A DNA stretch of 64,000 bases, taken from the NCBI GenBank assembly GCA_951406725.2, contig OX597815.1:125984001-126048000 (forward strand). Direction: 5' to 3'. Source of the DNA: Octopus vulgaris. Lineage: Eukaryota. The translations under genes and the position numbers were made by a program. The notes beneath the pieces are model-generated. The model was not told where the DNA came from. It made no database searches and saw only the letters and a list, made by a program, of their open reading frames with translations. Shown here in pieces: positions 28,995 to 41,921 of the stretch. How positions within the stretch are numbered: position 1 is the first letter of the stretch; each line of letters starts with the position of its first letter.

Positions 28995-29601
28995 TCTCTC
29001 TCTCTCTCTCCCTCTCTCTCTCTCACTCTCTCACTCCTTTCAGGTAACGATTTGCTTAACAGCATTAAAACGTATGATTTATTGTGCAATAACAATCAAT
29101 CAAAACATAAAACTCATTATTCAGATCGCTTTTGGTCAATCATTTGTGTTAGCCATTTCCACTAGATTAGTATCAATTGTGATGTCATACACCTTCCTTT
29201 ACCTTCGACTCCTGCAATGCAATAAAGAACGCTGTTATTGTTACAGCTAGATCCTTTTTTTTTCTTTTTGATCTAATTAAAACACAGAATTCACTTGAAC
29301 AATAAAAATTGCAATAAATCCCACTTGAACGTTTATCACATTTTTCATTCCAGTTAGGCCGCTAATTAAAACTGATAGCATCATATAATTTTCTTAGATA
29401 TTAATGACGGAGGCGATATTATAACCGAATGGCAACCTTTATGACGTGAATATATCAAAGGAGCACCGCAAGACTGCAGTATTCACTCAAAGAGTGAAAC
29501 ACAGAGGCACCGGTGACAGATCTGTTGTATCACGTGATTTTAGCGTTTCTTGCAGCAGAGATATCTGTTCAACTGCATGCTGGCCCCCTCTTCCACCAAC
29601 G

Positions 29602-29818
29602 CCGTTTAAAAGTTAGATATTAGCGATTCCACTACCGGTACTCGACTATTTTCGATACCGCTGTGTTTTTATATGCTAGATACCTACACGAGAGACTCTC
29701 TAAGAGTGAAAATCGCAATTTTACGGCACTCATATAATATATCCACGTTAAGTAGGGTATAAAAATTGCCATTTGGTAATAATACAACCACTATCGCTAA
29801 TATCTAATTTTTAACCAG
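29602..29818. mobile_element. Small MITE-like element
   Basis: ~26-bp inverted termini gtttaaaagttagatattagcgat / atcgctaatatctaatttttaacc. No clear TSD. Confidence 0.5.
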
Positions 29819-30042
29819 TCTGCTAGCTGTCAGCAATATCAGTAACTGAATAGTCGCTGGTTCTCTATATATCAATGGAAGACGGATTTAGCTAGTATGT
29901 GTATTTTCATTTATTCTTTGTTTTCATTCATTCATTCATTCATACATACATACATACATACATACATACATACATACATACATACATACATGCATACATA
30001 CATACATACATACATGCATGCATGCATGCATGCATGCATGCA

Positions 30043-30598
30043 TGGTGGCTGCCCCCTCGTTATAGAGTATGGCCATTGCACGAAGCTTAATCAATGTTGT
30101 TATCGTGCAATGCCTGTGCAAGAAGTTTTTTTTTAAAGTGGGGAAAGGCTGTGCACTGAGCCAATCCCACTTACTAAGCAACAGCAGCCATAATCCGAAT
30201 AGAAGAACAAGTCAACATCATTGGTAACTACTGAGCCGCAGGTTTTATGTCGGAGTTATCCCAGTTACCTGAGTTACCTTCTCCTAGAAGGATGCCCTAA
30301 CAAAGGCTAGGAGTCCTTCACTCCCAATGGTTTAACCGCGCGATCGGGTATTCAGTCCAATTATTTCTATGTCCCCGCGCATGATACAGTCTTAAGACAT
30401 TTATTGGATGGCCATTGACTCTCAAGAGTTCCTCTGCCCTTTGACGGGTTTTGTTTTTCATCCCGCAGGGTGTCCAATAATCACCCTCCTCACCAAGCAA
30501 GCTTGGTGGGGTTGCGCCGCTTTAGTCGCCGACGACCCAACCATGCAACAGGTTGTACTGGGTTACATGTTACCAGTAGCACTCGAAAGTGACCTGAC
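30043..30598 (-). mobile_element. Non-coding GC-rich retroelement derivative inserted in (CATA)n
   Basis: Flanked on both sides by CATA/CATG repeats. Minus strand contains ctagcctttgttagggcatccttctaggagaaggtaactc, resembling RTE 5' UTR motifs (recalled, not searched). No ORF. Confidence 0.55.
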
Positions 30599-31029
30599 AT
30601 ACATACATACATACACACAAACAAAAATACCGTTGCTGATGTTGAAATTCCAATGAAGGAGCCTTGGATCTAGGTTAGAAACCAGTTCTTTCTCTATTGA
30701 CAAAAAATTTTGAAATAAACTGACTAATGATATACATACATACATACATACATACATGCCTCTATATACGAGTGGTCTTTGCAAGGTATTTGGTAATCCT
30801 GTTGGTGCTGATGCCACATGGAATGCACTCAGTACACTCTGTAAAATGGTTGGCATTAAGAAGGCCATCCAGCTTTAAAAACCATGCCAAAACAGACAAT
30901 GGCACCTGGTTTGACTCCTGACTTTGCCAGCTCCTGTCAAACCATCCAACCCATACCAGCATGGAAAACAGATGCTAAATGATGACAGTGGTGATGATAC
31001 ATACATACATACATACATACATACATACA

Positions 31030-31060
<31 letters not shown>

Positions 31061-32763
31061 GTGTGTGTTTGCATGTGTGTGTGTGTGTACACCGTCTGTT
31101 TCAAAAACAGTTTTGGTTTTATTTAACGTCACATTAAAATTAGGGTAGCTGTAGTTGTCCATATGTAGTTCTTTGTTATGTGGAGTCTTGGAAATCATGT
31201 AAGGCCTTCAAGTTTGGGTACCACTGTATTAAAGCGGAAAGCATGGCAAACATTAACAGTGTTATTGCTTTTATTAAAATGAGTTAGATGTAACTTATTA
31301 AATGCATGTCAGCATTTTAGATTTTTCCATTTATTTCCTGACTTTTACTCCAACCAAGATTGGTTTTCATTCCTCTGGGGTCAATAAAATATATACTGAG
31401 AATGAAAGCTTGTAGTTTATGTCTTTGTATTTCTCTTTTATACTTAGTTTAAGCCTAAAATGAGAGGATTGGCAGAAAACAGTATATCATCTTAACACAG
31501 TCTTTTTAGTCAGGTACTCTGCTAAATGATTCTCAAATGCTGAAATGCTTCTATATTCTGAGTTAATATCATGCAGAGACTGACTTTGGCTTTCATCTCA
31601 GCTGGTAAAATAAGCTACAGATAAGTAATTTATGACCTTGTATCAATGTAAGTAATCAATATATGTAAAAGAGATGCTTCTGAAAACATATTCTTAGTAC
31701 CCACCTGCATGAATTTTAGCAATATTTATTTTGTACAGACTCTCTCAACAATAAAGTTACAACAACAATATATTTTCTTTAGCAGACTGGGGAAAATGCT
31801 TTGTCTGTCTTTACATTCTGAGTGGAAATTCCACCAAAGTTGACTCTACCATTCATCCTTTAAGAATCAATAAAATAAGTACCAGGTGATAACGAACTAG
31901 ATAGAAATTACAGCATATAAGTGTTTGGAAAAGCCTAACTTAACCTCTCCCGTGAAACTTATCCTTTCTCTCAAAACTTACCCTCTCCCCTGAGATTGCT
32001 GGCTTTGTGCCAAAATTTGAAACCAATAGTATTAATGTTACTGAATTTATGTAGGGCTAAACATATAAAAGAACTATCAATTGAATAATGAGATTACTGG
32101 ATTAATGGTTCATTTCTTAGCTTTGAAACTGATATCTTTATGGTTAGGGCACTTAACCGCTTCAGGCTCAGTTTGGATAACTGCATATAGACACCACACA
32201 TTAGATTTATGTCACAACTGAAGCAGCAGGAACACTGTATAGTTAACAATTATCTCATTTGATGACAGCATGGAGTTCAAGTCTTTTTATTTTGAGATAA
32301 TGTGTATTTTATAGTGCATTCTCTGATGTAAAATCCAATTATTACTTTCTCTGCAGAATTATTACCATCCATTACTTGAAGATTAATCTTATAATTATAT
32401 TTTGAACATTAAAAATGATTTTATTGGAGAATATAATTTGTAAAGTTGAAATTAGAAATTGATAAGGTTACATGAAAATTTATGTAACAATTTATGTCAA
32501 TTTACATAAGAAGTGTGAGAACACAGATCTGAGTAAATGTTATAAATATGGTCCTATTTTGCAAATGACTTCAGATCTAAGATTGTTCATTACATAATTT
32601 TGAAGAGAATTTCATAGTAATTTTGATGTTGCCTTATGATCATTCTTACTGAAAAGCACCCAAGGATAGAAATAAGATAAAATTTATGATGACAAAGAAC
32701 ATTCTATATATTTCCTTTTAGCATTCAATTCTTGATCTTTTATGTTTCTGAAGAAGTTGCCCC

Positions 32764-32800
<37 letters not shown>

Positions 32801-34198
32801 TGTCAACATCATCAACATTAACATCTGTTCTTCAAACTAGTGTGGAGTGGATGCTTTGACAGGATCTGATGAGCCACAGGACTGTGTCAAGCTCCAGTGT
32901 CATCTTTAGCATGGTTTCTATGGCTGGATGCTCTTCATAACCCCAACCACTTCCCAGAGTGTATCAAGTGCGCTTTTCATGCCATCAGCATCAGTGGGGT
33001 TGCCAAGTAATTTGCAAAACAAGAAGAGAAAAAACAAGCCATTGGATTAAGTGAGGAAAATAACAAAACTTGGTCTTATGTAAGATAAGTAATAATTTAC
33101 ATATTTTTCTTAATGAAGAATAGACCCTGATAGTCTGGAAAAAACATGCATAGTCAAAGCATGTAAGGAAACAAACTGAATTCAAATAGAATCTGAACAA
33201 AAGTTAAGATAACTGTATAGAGAATATACATGTAAAGAATTGGAGCAAATATATTGATATAGCTTACAATTTGTTGTAGACGTACATAAAATGCTATTAA
33301 CCTATACAAAGTGTAAAAGATGCGATTTGGAAGAAATTTGTTCACAGATTTTATTACCTACAAATGATGATGATGATGATGATGATGATGATGGTGATAA
33401 TGATGATGATGGTAGTCTTTCATAAACTGAAAAAGATGGTTCTGCTATTTCTTACTAACAGCCTACACAAATGATTTGTTTATAATGGTTAAATGTATGC
33501 GCTGTGCATTAGCTCACTCCTTCCATCAAATCAACATTACCTGAACAGGTGCACAGTGTACCACACATCAGGTGTCGAAGTGATTGCAGAGCAACATGAG
33601 ATGAAGTGTTTTACTCAAGAACACAATACACAACCTACTCCAGGAATTGAAATCATGATCTCTTGAATATGAGTGCAACACCCAAACCACTAGGCCTTGC
33701 ACCCTTTTGCAAGTGATACAACTTAAAATAAGCTTCCATAGAGATAACACCATTTTCCATTTGATCTAAACAACATTACAAATGTTGGTGTCCCTTTTTT
33801 AGTGTAACACAGTACTGCAACACTGGACAGTTAAATTAGCTCTGGCAATAACAGAGCAAAGCTTGAAAGTACACTCAATGCTTGTGCATTGTTGCCAAGA
33901 ACTTAGGATATATCTCTTGAGTTTCACTGCATAGCAAAGTTATGTGTTTTTAAAAGACTAATACTCTTTGGTTATACCCCACTCAGTTAAGGGATCTTCT
34001 TTTGTGAGCATTTGGTGACCTCACTAATGCTGTTGCACACCCAATATTCTCTGTAAAGTAGATGGCACTAGGAAGGGCAGCCAGTTGTAGAAACCTTGCC
34101 AAAGTAGACACTGGAGCTTAGTGCACTCCTCTGGACCATTGGTTCCTCTTGAACAACCCAAGTCATACCTATATGGAAAAAAGAATGACATTAAATGA

Positions 34199-34567
34199 CA
34201 ACAAGAGCACTCAGAGAGTGCACCTCCACCAAGGCAGCACCAACGTCCTCTCTACGATTAACCAGAGATTATTCTTAAAATGAGAATATCTGAAATAAAC
34301 TTGACTGCTTTCACAAACAAGAATACTAAAAATGAATCCAACTGCTCTCAAAAATTAAGTGGAAAACAGGAAAAATAATCCAGAATCCTTGTCCAGTACC
34401 AGATCAATCCCCAACTCTAATCAGTTCGTGCCAGTCATGAGACCAAATATCCCTGCAAGTTTCATCTAAATCCATCCAGTGGTTCTTGAGATATCTTGTC
34501 CATGGACAAACAAACAAACAAACGTAACCAAAAGCAATACCTCCGCCTTCACTAAGGCAGATGTAAT
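34199..34567 (+). mobile_element. Non-autonomous Helentron-like (HINE) element
   Basis: 5' acaagagcactcagagagtgcacctccaccaagg, internal (CAAA)n, 3' hairpin acctccgcctt-cact-aaggcagatgt whose arm repeats the 5' subterminal motif. Confidence 0.55.
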
Positions 34568-34865
34568 AATGACGATGATAATGATGATCTTCAGTCAAGA
34601 TTAATCAACTGTATATGTCTGGACCTGGGTAAGATTTCTTTTGAGAGGAAGACTGGTGGTTATTTATGCATGTAGCCACCACTCTCCATACTACTAATGT
34701 TTATCCAAGTGAAAGGCTGCCAGTCTAATACAGCTTGGGCTAATACAATGTTGTCACAGACATTGCTGCCAGGATACAAAACACAAAACTGGAACAGATA
34801 CCACAAGGTATCACCATGCTTGACTTTCTGACAGTTCTGCTCATCTACAAATCCTACTACAGTTA

Positions 34866-35241
34866 TCTCTCTCTATATAAACGGCAGTTTGTCTGTCTGC
34901 GTGTCTGTGTGTCTGTTAGGTTGTACCCTCACCCTGACCACGGCTTTCAACCGATTCTGATGAAACTTGACACACACATATAGCCCAATGTCATAATTCA
35001 AAACTAACGCAGCGAAAATTTTGAAAAGTTCCCCCAGTTCTGAAAAAAAATCGATAAATTCGACATGGGGTCGAGAATCAGAAACACAAACCACAGACTG
35101 TCTAGGGGACGCAACTCGACCTTTTTAACTCTCAAAAAAAATTTACCATAATTTTTTTGCTATTTTTGGGCTATAACTCTCTAAAAATGCTTTATAGTTA
35201 TTTCCCTTACAAACCCGAGCAACGCCGGGCGATACTGCTAG
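34866..35241 (+). mobile_element. Non-autonomous Helitron
   Basis: A|TC start, (TGTC)n near the 5' end, 3' hairpin cccgagc-aac-gccggg, terminal CTAG|T. No TSD. Confidence 0.85.
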
Positions 35242-35556
35242 TATTAAATATTTTAAGTATGATCTTATGAATGTGAGCTTGTGTGTACATGCCCGTGTGT
35301 ATGTACATGCCCGTGTGTGTGTGTGTGTGTGTATGCATGCAGAGTACATATACTGATTAAACTTTTACAAGGAAATGTTGACAGTGACTTCAAAGTTTTG
35401 GCTTGCTTTCCTTCATTGGTGCTGTAGTGGCTGTGTGGTAAGTAATTTGCTTACCAACTACATGGTTCCAGGTTCAGTCCCACTGTGTGGCACCTTGGGC
35501 CTACCAAAGCCTTGTGAGTGGATCTGGTAGACGGAAACTGAAAGAAGCCCGTTGTA

Positions 35557-35611
<55 letters not shown>

Positions 35612-36634
35612 GTGTGTGTGTTTGTCTCCCCAACATCGCTTGACAACCGATGCTGGTATGTTTACATCCCCGTAACTTAACTGTTCAACAAAAGAGACCA
35701 ATAGAATAAGTACTAGGCTTACAAAGAATAAGTCCTGGAGTCAATTTACTCAACTAAAGGTGGTGCTCCAGCATGGCTGCAGTTAAATGACTGAAACAAG
35801 TAAAAGAGAGTAAAAGAGTAAGAATATTGTCTTTTACGTTTTCTTTTAAAAGTATAATAAACATGAATTCTATTAAAAAATACTGAATAACCTTTCAGGC
35901 TAATGTTAAATTCATTTTATAAATAACAAGACAGAAAAATAAAAACAATAATGCACACACACATATACGCATACACGCACATATACACACAGACACACAC
36001 ACATATGATGTTAATTGAATTTATGACAAGAATATGCTTTATATTTTTATCAATCTCAGTTGGCAGGAGTGCTATTTGAGGTTTGATTTTAAAAGAATAA
36101 AACCGTCGACAAAATATTGAACAGCTTGTCATCTGTCTTCCAATTGTCTCATTTCACTTATAAAATTTGTATAGAAAACGTTTATTTGGTTTCTTAATAA
36201 TAACTCTACAGAATAAAGCACATGTAAAAAGTGCATAAAAGGGAATATTCACATACAACATCCTCATTGTTTTACATTTCAACATTAACAATTGAAGAAA
36301 ACTAAAAACAAATGTCATGCAATGTTCTATATAAAACACATTTATAATTAAAATTTTATGAATCCATTATATGTGTGTGAAATAGATTTAATGATTTCAG
36401 AATCTATGAATATTTTATATACAAGAGCACAGCTGTGAACATGTTATCTAATTAATTATATTTATCTTAAGCATTTTAAAAAACAGATGTAATAGTTGAA
36501 AGCTTTTGATAGATTTACACTGAAATCATTTATTGTAGAAAAATGATTTCACTGTTTTATGTGGGAACCAGTATTAAGGAAGGATACAAAAATAATAGGT
36601 TTATAAGCCCTAAAATTCACTCTATAATTGCCCA

Positions 36635-36850
36635 TGGGCATATAGCATAATAGTTAAGAGCACAGGCTACTGATTCTAAGTTCAGTTCCAGGCAGTTCCT
36701 TGACTAAATAATGACACCAACAAAAAAATACCTTAGGAATGAGAACCCAGGGTTGGGTTCAAAATTCTACTAGGACACCTGATGAAGCTGAAATGTTGTG
36801 GTAAGAATAAACAAGATGAGGACACATATCCATCCAATGTAAAAATTATT
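36635..36850 (+). mobile_element. tRNA-headed SINE carrying a degenerate minimal hammerhead core
   Basis: A-box-like tagcataatagttaagagc head; CAC-CTGATGA-agct-GAAA-tgtt-GTG at 36776-36800. Confidence 0.5.
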
Positions 36851-39800
36851 TCTTACATGAGTAGAGGTGAAAGAAATGAAACTGTTTCAGGATGTGTACT
36901 ACCTTTTCTAAGTCTTCCAGCAGTGTGAGTTGGACTGACTGGGTTAATGCAGAGAGTGATTTCTGGAAGGTTTAGTACCAGAGTGAAAAATAGACAAGAG
37001 AGATCTAGTAAGATTATTTAATCCTTTAGCATTCAGATTACTCTGTCAAATATAATGCTTATTTATTCACATTGTTTTGAATTAGTCATTCGAGATTTTG
37101 TTGGTACAACTGCTTGGTTTTAGAATGACATTGTAGGATGGATGTAAGTGGCTGGATCTGTCCAGTTTAAACATAAAACAGGTAGGATATTTGAGCCAGA
37201 TCTGACTGATTTAAATATTCATAGACTTTAAATTATAATTCCAGTTTGTACAGGAAATTGTACAACTCATCTCAACATCATCATCATTTACTGTCTGCCT
37301 TTCATGTTGGCATGGGTGGGACAGTTTGACAGGAGCCAGTCAGGCAGAAGCCTGCACCAGACTTCTGTAACTGTTTTGACAGGGTTTTTACAGCTGAATG
37401 CCCTTCCTAACACCAAGTACTCAGCAGAGTGGACTTAGTACATTTTACTTGGCACAAGCACAAGTGAGGTCAGTTTTGGCAAGGTTTTTACAGCTGGATG
37501 CCCTTCCAAACACTAACCACCTTACAGTGTGGACTGGGTGCTTTTAAGTGGCACCTGCACTGATGGGGTCACCAAGTACTTGCAAGACAAAAAATCTCTT
37601 TTGAGATGGGGAGGGAGCATTGGAGGAGGTGATCTTGTGTCAGATGATGAAAGAAACAGGTGTCTTGCTGTAGAGGAGGTACAAAGTTACCCAGTGAAAG
37701 TGAGAGAGAAAGAGAGAGGGAGGGAGAGAGTGATCAGGAATGAAGACAGAAGCAGGTGTGCTGCCACAAAGGAAATACATCATTACCCAACCTGAGGGAA
37801 ATGCAGGAGAGAGAGAGAGTGAGAGTGGAGGACAACAGGATAGAGATGGTGGCAAAGTAATACAGTAAGACAGGGCGGGAGTGGAACACCCAGGTTGGAA
37901 GCTAGCGGAGAGCAATGATACGGTGGCATAGGGCCAAGAAGACAGGATTAGGGAGTGGGAGGTAAGCATAGTGCATGAAGTTGAAATGCAAAGAAGAGAA
38001 GAGATGAAGAGATGTAGTTTGGTTTGTTGTGGTAGTGTGTGTGGGAAATTTTCTTGTTAAGTGTGGGTGGGACACACAGCGCTTCTAGAACTCAGTTTTG
38101 CTGACATGGGTGGGTCATCTCAAGACAACTAGTTTTCTCTAATCATTAATGGCAAGTAATTAGTGAAAGTATTTAGATAGACAGGGTACTATGGCTGCTA
38201 GGCATAGTATGCAAATATGGGAGGATAAGTGTATGCATCAATTTGGTTTAATTCAAAATGGTGGAGTTCGTAATACTAACAGTAGAAGTGATAGAACAGA
38301 GACAAAATGATAGTCATAATAGTGAGAATATTGTTGTAGAGGGAAGGTAGGTAAGATCTTATATAAGAAAATACTTTTTTATTACATTATAACTGTTTTG
38401 CTATAATACAACTGCTATAAAAAGTCAAATAATTCACTCTCTTATATATTTTATTATCTGGACAACAATGGTGAGATGGGAAATTGTATTAGATTAATTG
38501 CATAGAGAGTTTAACTTTACAGCAAGTATATATGTTTCTTACCAAACACCCTATTTTAAAAACATTCAAGTGAGGTTGCTGCCAGTGCCACTGGACTGGC
38601 TCCTGTACAGGTGGCACATAAAAAACACCACTTGAGTGTGGTCATTGCCAGTACCGCCTGACTGGCCCTCAAGCCGGTGGAACATAAAAGCACCCACTAG
38701 TGGTTGGCATTAGGAAGGGCATCCAGCTGTAGAAACTCTGCCAGATCAGATTGGAGCCTGGTGCAGCCATCTGGTTCGTCAGTCCTCAGTCAAATCGTCC
38801 AACCCATGCTAGCATGGAAAGTGGACGTTAAACAATGATGATGATGATGATTACATCAGTGTATAAGGTAATGAAATATTTAATAAATAAGGCAGGAAGA
38901 GGTTACTGCTTGTTTTTTTTTTACATGGTGTGATGTATATGAAATGATAAAGATAATGGATAAGGATTATAAAGTTCAATTATTAATATGGTGCATGATG
39001 TTTGAGTGTAGTTTCAAGTTAGGCAGGCAGTGATAGTAATAACTTTGACTGAAAGGGGCTGCTTAAAGAAAAGCTGCAAGTAGGAGAATTCAGAAAAAGT
39101 GGATTGAAATTTTTGTCTTTTCAATCTACTGCAATGAAGGCATCTATTAAGTATGTATATGAGTGTAGTACAATATTATTTACTTTGTTGACTTCTCTCA
39201 GAACACGACTCTGTCAGTCATGAATGACTAGTCTGGGTACAAGTCTGGGCGGAAAGTCGTCTCACTGGCAAATGCACAACCTAGGGTTGCTTTTATAGAA
39301 GACCAGCAGTCGCCCATGTATACCAGCCTCCTCTCTATATACCACTGATGTTATCCAAGGGAAAGGCAAAGACCAATACAGTTTGGTACCAGTGACATCG
39401 CAACTCATTTCTACAACTGAATGAACTGGAGCAACATGAAATAAAATGTTTGACTGAAGAAAACAACATGCAGCCTGGTCCAGGAATTGAACTCACAACC
39501 TCACAATCGTAAGCTCGACACTCTAACCACTGTAATAATTTTAGTTGCAGTTACCCAACCAAAATTTCTGTAAAACAAAATTTCATTTCCTTGTTGTAAG
39601 TAACAATTTTCCAATTCATCTAAATATATATTCCCATATTACATCTTGCATGCATCACATAATTTTAATCTCAGGAAGCAGTGTATACTTAACATTCATA
39701 ACCCAAGCAAATATTACTGTAAGAGACTTTTGACACAATTATAAAGCCAGTACATTGCAACTTTACCATAAAGCTGCTACTAAATACTAATAAAACCATG

Positions 39801-41921
39801 CATAGCTATAAATTAGACTGTGTTCAATTGTTACAGGTTTATGGGTCTTTTTCCTAGAAAGCTTATTTACAGCATTGTAATAATAAAAGTCAAGTAACTA
39901 AGCTGATATAACATAGTAGTCAACAAGTTAGCAATAAAAATATTTATATGCAATTAACAAAATGTTTTAACGAATAATATTGCTTTCAAAATTAGTTTGA
40001 AGCTAAATTAAGAATAGAGGTTCAATGAATTTAACTGACCTCAATATATTACTGGTTCTGAATTAAGTCACAGCTCCTTAGCATTTAAACCAACCATTTC
40101 CAGTCCAAATACTCTACCTGCTTTATGTTCAAAGAAAACAAATCAGGCTTCTCATACCTACCCTATAATGTTATTCTTAAAAAATAAACAATCACATCAT
40201 CAGAATCTTAAACGTCTGAGTCCTGACACGGTTTCATCTAGTACCAAGAACAAGTTTTCTTGCTGCCCCATGGATCCTGGACATACAAACAAGGATTAGT
40301 TTTTAGTAATAAATCAACTTGGAGTGATAAAAATGCAATGTAGTTTTTCATAGAATTGCTTCAAGTTAACCAAACCTTCTGCAGTTTAACATTCTTTATT
40401 GTCACTAGGCTGTTTAGCAACTGTTTCTAGACTCAATATACAAACAGGTATTCTCCCATCTTTGAAAAGCACTCAAACTGCTCAAGAAAGCAAACCTCTT
40501 TTTTCTTTTCTATCAGATATTAAATTATCTTTATCTGAATGCAATTTTGGATACTGGTTCCAAATTAGTCTTGGACTTCATGGAGGCAATGACAAGTGTA
40601 ACTAGCACCTGTGACAGTGACACGTAAATAGCACCCTTCAAATGTTAAGCAATATGTCAAGCTTAAGAAGACCCATTAAGCCAAGTTAAATCATTGTGGC
40701 TGATGCTAGTATCAAATAACTGACACCTGTGCCAGTGACATGTATAAAGCACCCTTTGAATGTTGGGCCTCACAGTGGCAGTGACAAGGGACTAGAACCT
40801 TCAGTGATATACTGTACTTGAGAAGAACCGTAAGCTAAGTGAGATCACAGTCGTGATCTATGTAACTGGTACTTGTGCCAGTAGCACATAAAAAGCACTC
40901 ACTACACTCTTGGAGTGGTTGGTATTAGGAAAAGCAACCACTTGTAGAAAACACACCAAATCAGATTGAAACCTGGTGCAGCTCCCCAGCTTTCAGTCAA
41001 ACTGTCCAACCCTTACCAGCATGGAAAACAGACATTAAATGATGATCACGATGATTTTCTTTTGCATATCTAATTTTTTGAATTTGGCAGATTCCATCTT
41101 TTATCAGTTTTTATCAATTTTGTATTTTTCCCTTGCTGTAAACCCAGTTATTAGAAGTCAGTAAGGATCTCTTTGTTTTCTCCATATCTTAACTACAGCG
41201 AAATCCCATTAATTATCAATTTTTGTTCAATCAATCATAAAGTTCACTACATGAATAAACAACACAAATTTGACTTACTGCCCATTGCATACCTATATGA
41301 CAACCAAAGTATACCTGGTATATTCCTATGCCATCTGTTAAGATAGTTCATCATTATGTCATAGATGGTAAAGAAGTACAAGCATAGCAGAAAATGTCAA
41401 GAGTTATAAGGATTAAATAGCAATGATCTGAGTAGATATGAAAAAATAAAATGTCTCAAAATATCACTGTATCAATCAGACTATTAGATGTTATATGCTA
41501 CTGGTCACAACACACTTCCTTACATTGTCATAACTTTCAACTGAAGCCATCCTACAGGCTAATGAAGGGAGGTTAACATTTGTACCGAACAGAATGTTGG
41601 TTTGTTGCAGGGTTACACACTTACAGCTAAGTGGACCGAGAGGCACATGAAATGAATGCACAGCTGAAATGGGAATCAAAACCATGATTTTGTGGTTGCA
41701 AGTGCAACACCCTAACCACCAAGCCTATAATCTAATTCCAAAAGCTATATGTTATTCAAGAAAAAAACCCAGCCTGTTTCCTGGGCCACCATTAAATCAT
41801 CACATTTAGAAATTCTTTGTTAGCCAGTAAAACGGTTTAGTTGATTTGAAGGCCACAGAGTGTGCTGATTAATTAAACATTTTGTTTAACACTAACATAT
41901 TAAGGCTGCCAATTCAAGACA

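Noticed and set aside
41330-41372. SECIS-like hairpin near an in-frame TGA in the candidate exon
   Set aside because: AUGA, AA and GA are present but helix II does not pair, and the position is not 3' UTR.
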